In this document: positions 1 through 6,165 of the stretch, one piece after another | Position numbering within the stretch: the stretch's first letter is position 1 | How the letters are laid out: every line of letters starts with the position of its first letter | Assembly: GCA_964543635.1 (NCBI GenBank) | Contig: CAZIZB010000001.1 | Coordinates: 1-34,041, forward strand | Length of the DNA: 34,041 bases | From: an uncultured Opitutales bacterium | GTDB lineage: Bacteria > Verrucomicrobiota > Verrucomicrobiia > Opitutales > UBA9783 | Reading direction: 5' to 3' | Program-made: the position numbers and the translations under genes | Notes under the pieces: generated by a model | Seen by the model: the letters and a program-made list of their open reading frames with translations, nothing else | What the model was told of the DNA's origin: nothing | The model's database searches: none

Positions 1-52
1 GCGTTGGCCTCCGAAGCCGAAGATTCGGGTTCGAGTCCCGACGAGAGCGCCA
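1..52 (+). tRNA. tRNA-Arg(CCG), 3' portion only (5' end outside the window)
   Basis: Anticodon arm: stem 4-8 ttggc / 16-20 gccga with 7-nt loop 9-15 ctCCGaa (U33, purine 37). 4-nt variable loop. T arm 25-29 tcggg, loop ttcgagt, 37-41 cccga. Acceptor 3' strand 42-48, G73, encoded CCA 50-52. Confidence 0.75.
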
Positions 53-86
53 CTTTTGATAAAGCAAAAGTTAGAATTTTTAATAA

Positions 87-347
87 TTAACGACGGCCAA
101 AGCTTTCCTCTTCTTCCAATTCTTTACGAAAATACTTAAGTTTTTCTTCAGAATTTCTCCGCAAGCCCGCAAGACTCTGCTCAACAAAGGTATTCATAAC
201 ACGATCTTCGGTCCAATGTTTTGCAGGTTTTTCTTTTTCTTCCTGAAATTTCTGTACATCATTAGTTACGGGTTGCACAGGAACATAAGCTTCGACTGGA
301 GGAACCATAGAAGGAGACGGTAAGGTTGAATTCATTTTTACACTCAT
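87..347 (-). CDS. hypothetical small protein (86 aa), Pro-rich N-terminus, charged helical C-terminus
   Basis: Open frame from the ORF track. AGGAG Shine-Dalgarno lies 6 nt upstream of the ATG on the minus strand (revcomp of 341-360 = tcAGGAGtgaattATGagtg). No recognisable family. Confidence 0.6.
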   Translation of the reverse strand: MSVKMNSTLPSPSMVPPVEAYVPVQPVTNDVQKFQEEKEKPAKHWTEDRVMNTFVEQSLAGLRRNSEEKLKYFRKELEEEESFGRR

Positions 348-350
348 AAT

Positions 351-455
351 TCACTCCTGATCTTGTTCTTCATGGGTTTCATTTTCTGATGGTTTATCGC
401 CTGCAACCAATTGCACACCATCTTTTGTAAGAATAAAATTAATAGAACTTGCCAT
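351..455 (-). CDS. possible 34-codon ORF (MASSINFILTKDGVQLVAGDKPSENETHEEQDQE), same frame as the 86-aa ORF
   Basis: Hand translation of the minus strand: ATG at 455-453, TGA at 353-351. It is followed by ATT and then the ATG of the 87..347 ORF. No clear SD of its own. Confidence 0.3.
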   Translation of the reverse strand: MASSINFILTKDGVQLVAGDKPSENETHEEQDQE

Positions 456-496
456 AGATTTAATTTTATTTTGTTCTGTTAAAGAAAGCAATAAAA

Positions 497-1147
497 ATGA
501 TATACGCATCGCAACTATTTAATGAAATTAAGGACAATTGGATATTTAACGATTTTTTTGATCTTAAACAACCGGTTTACGAGTGGCTTCCTAATATTCA
601 ACTAGCCCTTAAAACTTTTTTTGAAAAAACACCATTAGAAAATCGTATTTATTCACCAATTCCGCAAAATTTTATTATTGAGGGTGATGTTTTTATTGGA
701 GAAAACGTACGTTTGCCAGCGTTTGGAACGATTCAAGGGCCAGCCTACATTGGAAATCATTGCGAATTACGTCCCGGAGTCTATATTCGTGGTAATGTGA
801 TTATTGGAGAAAGTTGTGTGCTTGGTAATTCTTGCGAATTCAAAAATGCCCTTCTTTTAGATCGCGTCCAAGTTCCTCATTTTAACTATGTAGGAGATTC
901 TATTTTGGGAACAGGAGCCCATCTGGGGGCTGGGGCTATTTTATCCAATCTTCGCTTTGATCGTCAACCTATCTCCATGCGAGACATCAACAACGATCCT
1001 TTTCCAACGGGATTAAAAAAGCTTGGAGCTGTCTTAGGAGATTATGCAGAAGTTGGCTGTAACGCAGTTTTGCAACCGGGTTCATGTTTATTCCCACAAA
1101 CCAAAGTCTTTCCTTGCGAAGCCTTCAAAGGAACCCGTTTACAGTAG
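497..1147 (+). CDS. left-handed beta-helix (hexapeptide-repeat) transferase, GlmU/G1P-thymidylyltransferase C-terminal-domain-like, without a nucleotidyltransferase domain
   Basis: 216 aa. Successive hexapeptide repeats: IEGDVFIGENVRL, GPAYIGNHCELRPGVYIRGNVIIGESCVLGNSCEFKNALL, HFNYVGDSILGTGAHLGAGAILSN, GAVLGDYAEVGCNAVLQPGSCL. Only about 60 aa precede the repeats. Confidence 0.75.
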   Translation: MIYASQLFNEIKDNWIFNDFFDLKQPVYEWLPNIQLALKTFFEKTPLENRIYSPIPQNFIIEGDVFIGENVRLPAFGTIQGPAYIGNHCELRPGVYIRGNVIIGESCVLGNSCEFKNALLLDRVQVPHFNYVGDSILGTGAHLGAGAILSNLRFDRQPISMRDINNDPFPTGLKKLGAVLGDYAEVGCNAVLQPGSCLFPQTKVFPCEAFKGTRLQ

Positions 1148-1288
1148 TACTGGCTTTTGCAGCTAAGGGATAGAGATATTTTGAATCCTTAACATAGCTG
1201 TATAAAAAAGCGAAGAATATCTTCACCATTAGGTGCATTATTGGGATCAAAAAAATGATAAAAATGGACATACCATTTATAAAAGGGT

Positions 1289-1446
1289 TCCTGCAAAAGT
1301 CGGAGCTAAAAAAGTCTGCGATGACGCATGAATAATGAAAAAAACAACCATTGTAAGAGTGTTAAAAAATTTTAACATTATTTTTCACCGTTCAAACCAC
1401 ATAATTACTGACTTTATCGGAAGTTTTCCCTTCGACTTTTGCAGGA
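1289..1446. repeat. 14-bp perfect inverted repeat (16/17 when extended) bracketing 130 bp of AT-rich non-coding DNA
   Basis: TCCTGCAAAAGTCG at 1289-1302 and its exact reverse complement CGACTTTTGCAGGA at 1433-1446. The extension 1289-1305 vs 1430-1446 has one mismatch. Confidence 0.85.
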
Positions 1447-1570
1447 TGTCTATTTAAAGTAGTTTTTATAAAAATTTTGTTAGGTCGTTTTTAATTGAAA
1501 TTCCAATGAGGCTCTCACAAAAATCAAAAAGTGTTGATGGGTTTGTATATGTTAAAGAAAAATAACTTGA

Positions 1571-1594
1571 TTACTAACTATCTTACTAACTATA
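1571..1594 (+). repeat. tandem direct repeat, 2 x 12 nt (ttactaactatc / ttactaactata)
   Basis: Read directly: 1571-1582 and 1583-1594 are identical at 11/12 positions. The repeat sits about 22 nt upstream of a TTGACT -35-like hexamer. Confidence 0.7.
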
Positions 1595-1615
1595 AAATTT
1601 TACTTTAAAAAAGGG

Positions 1616-1644
1616 TTGACTTAAGGAAAGAAATGCTCGACTAT
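1616..1644 (+). promoter_or_regulatory. candidate sigma70-type promoter for tRNA-Thr/tuf
   Basis: TTGACT (1616-1621), 17-nt spacer, GACTAT (1639-1644). The -10 hexamer is weak. The tRNA starts at 1690. Confidence 0.3.
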
Positions 1645-1689
1645 AGGAGCACATTAATTTTGGTTAAAAGCCAAAAGTGGATGAGAGAT

Positions 1690-1765
<76 letters not shown>

Positions 1766-1796
1766 TTAATCGATGATTTATTAATATAGATTTGAT

Positions 1797-2987
1797 ATGG
1801 CTAAAGAAACCTTCACAAGATCAAAACCTCACGTAAACGTGGGAACAATCGGTCACGTCGACCATGGAAAAACAACATTGACAACGTCAATTCTTAAGGT
1901 CCAAGCAGACAAGGGATTGGCCGAGGTTAAGACTTACGCAGATATTGCTAAGGGAGGAACCGTTCGCGATGCTTCCAAGATCGTTACGATTGCTGTTGCT
2001 CACGTAGAATATGAAACCGACACACGTCACTATGCGCACGTAGACTGTCCTGGTCACGCAGACTTCGTAAAAAACATGATTACGGGTGCTGCTCAGATGG
2101 ACGGTGCTATCTTGGTTGTTAGTGCCTACGATGGACCGATGCCTCAAACCCGCGAACACATTTTGTTGGCTCGTCAGGTAGGTGTTCCTAATATCGTTGT
2201 TTTCTTGAATAAAGTAGACTTGGTAGACGATCCAGAATTGTTGGATTTGGTTGAAATGGAAGTTCGTGACCTTTTGAAGAAGTACGAATATGCTGGTGAC
2301 GATATTACGGTTGTTCGTGGATCTGCTTTGGGTGCTTTGGAAGGAAAGCCAGAATGGGTTAAGTCGGTTTCTGACTTGTTGGATGCGGTTGATCGCGATA
2401 TCCCTGTTCCAGAACACGACTTGGATAAGCCTTTCTTGATGTCTATTGAAGATGTATTCAGCATTACAGGACGTGGAACGGTTGTAACCGGACGTATTGA
2501 ACGTGGTTGCATCAAAGTTGGTGAAACGGTTGAAATCGTTGGATTAGCAGAAACTCGTTCGACAACCTGTACCGGCGTTGAAATGTTCCATAAGTTGTTG
2601 GATCAAGGTCAAGCAGGTGATAATGTTGGTGTCTTGTTGAGAGGTATTGAAAAGAAGGATGTTGAACGTGGACAAGTATTGGCAAAGCCAGGTTCGATTA
2701 CTCCTCACACCAAAGCTAAGGCTGAGATTTACGTTTTGACTAAGGATGAAGGTGGTCGTCATACCCCATTCTTTAAGGGATATCGTCCTCAATTCTTCTT
2801 CGGTACTGCAGACGTTACCGGTATTTGTGAGTTGCCAGATGGTGTTGAAATGGTAATGCCAGGAGACAACTTGGGAATTACAATTGAGTTGGGTAAGGCT
2901 GTTGCTATGGAGAAAGGTCAACGTTTCGCTATGCGTGAAGGTGGCCGTACAATTGGTGCTGGACGTATTGTTGAAGTTATTGCTTAA
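1797..2987 (+). CDS. tuf: translation elongation factor Tu
   Basis: 396 aa. G1 [10 protein letters not shown]3 DCPGHADF, G4 NKVD. Domains II/III ...[13 protein letters not shown]..., ...[14 protein letters not shown]. Confidence 0.98.
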   Translation: MAKETFTRSKPHVNVGTIGHVDHGKTTLTTSILKVQADKGLAEVKTYADIAKGGTVRDASKIVTIAVAHVEYETDTRHYAHVDCPGHADFVKNMITGAAQMDGAILVVSAYDGPMPQTREHILLARQVGVPNIVVFLNKVDLVDDPELLDLVEMEVRDLLKKYEYAGDDITVVRGSALGALEGKPEWVKSVSDLLDAVDRDIPVPEHDLDKPFLMSIEDVFSITGRGTVVTGRIERGCIKVGETVEIVGLAETRSTTCTGVEMFHKLLDQGQAGDNVGVLLRGIEKKDVERGQVLAKPGSITPHTKAKAEIYVLTKDEGGRHTPFFKGYRPQFFFGTADVTGICELPDGVEMVMPGDNLGITIELGKAVAMEKGQRFAMREGGRTIGAGRIVEVIA

Positions 2988-3020
2988 TTGTAAAAAATAA
3001 AAAACGGGGTGTTTTTTTCG

Positions 3021-3048
3021 TTGACAAAATGAGAACATCCCGAAATCT
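3021..3048 (+). promoter_or_regulatory. candidate promoter for tRNA-Trp/secE/nusG
   Basis: TTGACA (3021-3026), 16-nt spacer, AAATCT (3043-3048). The -10 is weak. The tRNA starts at 3066. Confidence 0.3.
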
Positions 3049-3065
3049 TTATTGTAAAGAAGTGT

Positions 3066-3141
3066 AGGAGAATGGCGCAATTGGTAGCGCAGCGGTCTCC
3101 AAAACCGTCGGTTGGGGGTTCGAGTCCCTCTTCTCCTGCCA
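3066..3141 (+). tRNA. tRNA-Trp(CCA)
   Basis: 76 nt. Acceptor aggagaa/ttctcct. Anticodon stem gcggt/accgt with loop ctCCAaa. T loop ttcgagt. G73 and encoded CCA. Conserved position before secE. Confidence 0.95.
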
Positions 3142-3157
3142 AAAGCCTAAGAAGATT

Positions 3158-3361
3158 ATGAAGATTTTTAAGAAAATTAGAACGTTCGCACGTGAAATGG
3201 TGGAAGAATTAAGAAAAGCTTCGTGGCCTAATTGGCGCGAATTGCGAGAATCCACTATTGCTGTTATATTGGGCATTATTTTTTTAGGTGTTTTTGTTAG
3301 TTTAGTAGATTTTTCGTTGTTTCAGATTGTGGATCTACTGATGCATTGTGTAAGCCGTTAA
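3158..3361 (+). CDS. secE: preprotein translocase subunit SecE
   Basis: 67 aa. Motif EELRKASWPNWREL followed by a single TM segment IAVILGIIFLGVFVSLV. Canonical tRNA-Trp-secE-nusG order. Confidence 0.9.
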   Translation: MKIFKKIRTFAREMVEELRKASWPNWRELRESTIAVILGIIFLGVFVSLVDFSLFQIVDLLMHCVSR

Positions 3362-3376
3362 TTAGTAAGATAGAAA

Positions 3377-3952
3377 ATGTCGAATTTAGAGTCCAAAGGT
3401 AATCATAAGTGGTATGCGGTTCAGACGGCTTCCAATCAGGAATTGAAAATTAAGCGCCATTTGGATCGTTTTGTGGGTCCAGAAGGTTTTGGAGATTTTA
3501 TTAAAACTGTTTTAGTACCTACCAAAACAGTGGTTGAAGTGAAAAATGGTAGGAAGACAAGCAAAGTTCGGAAGTTTTATCCTGGCTATGTTTTCTTGTT
3601 TGTGGAGTTGTATGATGAGGCAGGCGAGCTTTTGCAGCCGGTTGCTTCGTACATAAAAAATGTTCAAGGAGTTCTCAATTTTATGGGCGGTGATAAACCG
3701 ATTGCGTTGAGACAGTCTGAAGTGGATGGTATTCTCGGTCAAGTTCAGGCGACACAAGGCAAGAAGGTTTTGAAGGTTGCCTTTGAGGTTGGAGAATCCG
3801 TTAAGATTACCGATGGTCCTTTCTTGAATTTGTCGGGAACGATAGATGAAGTAGATCCGGAACGCGGTAAACTTAAGATTTCGGTTTCGATTTTTGGACG
3901 TTTTACTCCGGTTGAATTAGAGTATTGGCAAGTGGAAAAAGACGAACGATAA
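3377..3952 (+). CDS. nusG: transcription termination/antitermination factor NusG
   Basis: 191 aa. NGN domain start KWYAVQT. C-terminal [25 protein letters not shown]. Confidence 0.95.
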   Translation: MSNLESKGNHKWYAVQTASNQELKIKRHLDRFVGPEGFGDFIKTVLVPTKTVVEVKNGRKTSKVRKFYPGYVFLFVELYDEAGELLQPVASYIKNVQGVLNFMGGDKPIALRQSEVDGILGQVQATQGKKVLKVAFEVGESVKITDGPFLNLSGTIDEVDPERGKLKISVSIFGRFTPVELEYWQVEKDER

Positions 3953-3964
3953 AGGAGAGTCATT

Positions 3965-4393
3965 ATGGCGACAAAAAAAGTAATTGGTGAAATAAGGCTG
4001 CAGTTGCCTGCGGGTGCTGCGAATCCTGCACCTCCGGTTGGTCCAGCTTTGGGTGCTAAGGGTGTGAATATTATGGGCTTTTGTAAAGAGTTTAATGCTC
4101 GTACAAAAGATCAAGCAGGTTTAATTATTCCTGTAGTTATTACGGTTTATGCGGATAAATCGTTTACGTTTATTTTAAAAACTCCACCGGCATCAGTTTT
4201 ATTATGTAAGGCTGCAGGCCTTCAAAAAGGATCAGGCGAGCCCAATAAGAATAAAGTTGGATCGGTAACGCGTAAGCAGTTGGAAGAAATTGCAACGACG
4301 AAAATGGCTGACTTAAATGCTTCGAATGTTGAGCATGCTGCCAGAATGATTGCCGGAACTGCGCGTAGCATGGGAATTCAAATCGTAGATTGA
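3965..4393 (+). CDS. rplK: 50S ribosomal protein L11
   Basis: 142 aa. [33 protein letters not shown] motif. SD AAGGAGAG upstream. Confidence 0.98.
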   Translation: MATKKVIGEIRLQLPAGAANPAPPVGPALGAKGVNIMGFCKEFNARTKDQAGLIIPVVITVYADKSFTFILKTPPASVLLCKAAGLQKGSGEPNKNKVGSVTRKQLEEIATTKMADLNASNVEHAARMIAGTARSMGIQIVD

Positions 4394-4407
4394 GTGGAGA
4401 GAAAAGC

Positions 4408-5100
4408 ATGAAAATTCACAGTAAACGTTATCGTTCAGCTTTAGAGCAATTGGATGCAGGAAAAACATATGAATTGGCTCCTGCTTTAGAAGCTTTATTA
4501 AAATTGCCGGCTCCTAAATTTGATGAAACCGTTGAATTGGCTTTGCATTTGGCTGTTGATCCTCGTCAAAGCGATCAAATGGTTCGTGGAATTGTTCAAT
4601 TGCCACATGGAAATGGTAAAGAAGTTCGTATCATTGTTTTCACAAATAAGCCAGAAGAAGCCTTGAAAGCTGGTGCTCGTGAAGCCGGTATGGCCGAATT
4701 GATGGAAAAAATTAAAGGCGGTTGGCTCGATTTTGATGTCGCTGTTGCTACGACAGAAGCCATGAAAGAGGTGAAGGCACTTGCACGTGTTTTGGGTCCT
4801 AAAGGTTTAATGCCAAGTCCGAAAGCGGGTACCGTTACCGAAGATGTGATTGGTTGTGTTGAAGCTTTGAAAAAGGGACGTGTTGAGTTCAAAATGGACA
4901 AAGCAGCAAATGTTCAATTAGGCATTGGAAAGCGTTCTTTTGGTGTTGAAAAGCTTAAAGAAAACGCAGAAGCTGCTTTAGAAGCGATTAAGCATGCGCG
5001 TCCATCTGTTTTTCGTGGAAAATTTGTACTTGGGGGTGCTATTTCTGCAACCATGAGTCCAAGTTTGACTTTACAAGAAAGCTTGTTTGCCAAGTTTTAA
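4408..5100 (+). CDS. rplA: 50S ribosomal protein L1
   Basis: 230 aa from ATG 4408, which is preceded by GGAGA at 4396-4400. N-terminus MKIHSKRYRSALEQLD is L1-like. The track start TTG 4390 is judged less likely. Confidence 0.95.
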   Translation: MKIHSKRYRSALEQLDAGKTYELAPALEALLKLPAPKFDETVELALHLAVDPRQSDQMVRGIVQLPHGNGKEVRIIVFTNKPEEALKAGAREAGMAELMEKIKGGWLDFDVAVATTEAMKEVKALARVLGPKGLMPSPKAGTVTEDVIGCVEALKKGRVEFKMDKAANVQLGIGKRSFGVEKLKENAEAALEAIKHARPSVFRGKFVLGGAISATMSPSLTLQESLFAKF

Positions 5101-5117
5101 CAGCGGAGGGAATTTAA

Positions 5118-5630
5118 ATGAGAATAGAAAAAACGTTTTTATTGAATGAAGTTTCCAACAAGGTTAAAGAATCAAATTTTTTGTATTTGGTTGATTTTAA
5201 CCGCTTGACCGTAAGCGAAACGGCAGAATTACGTAAGGCTTTAGCAGCGGAAGGAGCTCAATTTCATGTTGTTCAAAACACGCTTTTACGTAAGATTGGT
5301 GAACAATTGGAATGGCCTTCTTTTACGCAATGGTTGACGGGACAAACCGGTGTTGTTTTCGGTGGAAACAATCCTTCCGGTGTTGCGAAGATTTTATTGA
5401 AGTTTGCCAAAGATAATGAAAAATTGCCGACTAAAGGTGGTTTGATGGATGGCCAATTGTACGATGTTGCAGCATTAGAGGCGCTTTCGAAGTTGCCAGA
5501 TTTGCCAACATTACGTGCAACCTTGTTGTCGTTGATGTTAACACCTTATCGCCAATGTCTCTATGTCATGCAAGGTGTTCCACAATCTTTATTGAACGTT
5601 TTAAAGGCTTACGAAGATAAAAATAAATAA
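5118..5630 (+). CDS. rplJ: 50S ribosomal protein L10
   Basis: 170 aa. SD GGAGGG upstream. L10-like ...LYLVDFNRLTVSETAELRKAL... Positioned between rplA and rplL. Confidence 0.95.
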   Translation: MRIEKTFLLNEVSNKVKESNFLYLVDFNRLTVSETAELRKALAAEGAQFHVVQNTLLRKIGEQLEWPSFTQWLTGQTGVVFGGNNPSGVAKILLKFAKDNEKLPTKGGLMDGQLYDVAALEALSKLPDLPTLRATLLSLMLTPYRQCLYVMQGVPQSLLNVLKAYEDKNK

Positions 5631-5646
5631 CAATTTTCAGGTCAGG

Positions 5647-5668
5647 TTAGGGAGGGCTACCTCCTTAA
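5647..5668 (+). promoter_or_regulatory. stable hairpin in the rplJ-rplL spacer (9-bp stem, GCTA loop) carrying an anti-SD-like CCTCC
   Basis: ttagggagg (5647-5655) pairs with cctccttaa (5660-5668). The rplL SD AGGAGG lies at 5710-5715. Confidence 0.4.
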
Positions 5669-5719
5669 ACGCTTCGTCTGAAATTAAAAGATGAATACTA
5701 ATCTGTTCTAGGAGGAATC

Positions 5720-6100
5720 ATGAGTGATATAACAAAAGATCAAGTAATTGAATGGTTGAGCAATCAATCGGTTTTGGAAATCGCAGGTCTTGTAAAAGAT
5801 CTCGAAGAAAAGTGGGGCGTAAGTGCTGCTGCTCCGGTTGCTGTTGCTGCCGCTGCACCTGCTGAAGCTGCTGCTTCTGCTGAAGAAAAAACTGAATTTG
5901 ATGTTGTTTTGGTGGACGCTGGATCCAGCAAGATTAACGTTATTAAGGAAGTTCGTGGTCTTACCGGTTTGGGCTTAATTGAAGCTAAAGCTTTAGTTGA
6001 AGGTACGCCAAAACCTGTAAAAGAAGGTGTTAGCAAGCAAGAAGCCGAAGAAATAAAGGCTAAACTTGAAGCTGCTGGTGCTAAGGTTGAATTGAAATAA
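5720..6100 (+). CDS. rplL: 50S ribosomal protein L7/L12
   Basis: 126 aa. Ala-rich hinge [22 protein letters not shown]-terminal domain ...[25 protein letters not shown]...[14 protein letters not shown]. Confidence 0.98.
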   Translation: MSDITKDQVIEWLSNQSVLEIAGLVKDLEEKWGVSAAAPVAVAAAAPAEAAASAEEKTEFDVVLVDAGSSKINVIKEVRGLTGLGLIEAKALVEGTPKPVKEGVSKQEAEEIKAKLEAAGAKVELK

Positions 6101-6116
6101 GTTCATTTTAACGCGT

Positions 6117-6153
6117 AAAACGAGGATGGGTTGGGAGAAAAAATCCTTGTTTT
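6117..6153 (+). terminator. hairpin with T-tract between rplL and rpoB (attenuator-like)
   Basis: aaaacgaggat (6117-6127) pairs with atccttgtttt (6143-6153): 11 bp including one G-U, with a 15-nt loop. The core stem cgaggat/atccttg is followed by TTTT. This is the analogous position to the known E. coli rplL-rpoB attenuator. Confidence 0.45.
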
Positions 6154-6165
6154 AGGTTCCTATTT

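Noticed and set aside
52-71. Hairpin acttttg-ataaag-caaaagt between the tRNA-Arg and the convergent 86-aa ORF, as a possible bidirectional terminator
   Set aside because: The stem is 7 bp and almost all A-T, with no clean T-run on either strand. It is too weak to call.
1-455. Idea that the terminal tRNA fragment is a class II tRNA or tRNA-Sec that decodes the in-frame TGA at 351-353
   Set aside because: What first looked like a long variable arm folds as a normal anticodon arm with loop ctCCGaa, giving tRNA-Arg(CCG). TGA is also used as an ordinary stop by rplK and rplX.
2999-3018. A7-C-GGGGT-G-T7 element after tuf, as a possible intrinsic terminator
   Set aside because: The stem would be almost purely A-T with a single C-G pair. 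The tRNA-Trp promoter-like hexamer follows immediately. It is not convincing as a terminator.
1887-3080. Minus-strand ORFs 1887..2417, 2174..2515 and 2544..3080 (113-178 aa)
   Set aside because: They lie entirely antisense to tuf, an unambiguous highly conserved gene. Their products are low-complexity with no motifs. They are typical shadow ORFs.
3049-3276. Minus-strand 75-aa ORF
   Set aside because: It overlaps tRNA-Trp and the secE start on the opposite strand, and has no SD or recognisable features.
4390-4407. Extended starts proposed by the ORF track for rplA (TTG 4390), rplR (24645), the kinase (TTG 31523), the 120-aa ORF (TTG 32494) and the membrane protein (TTG 33152)
   Set aside because: In each case a downstream ATG gives a family-typical N-terminus and/or has better upstream signals. 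The extensions overlap the preceding gene, a tRNA flank or a predicted promoter.
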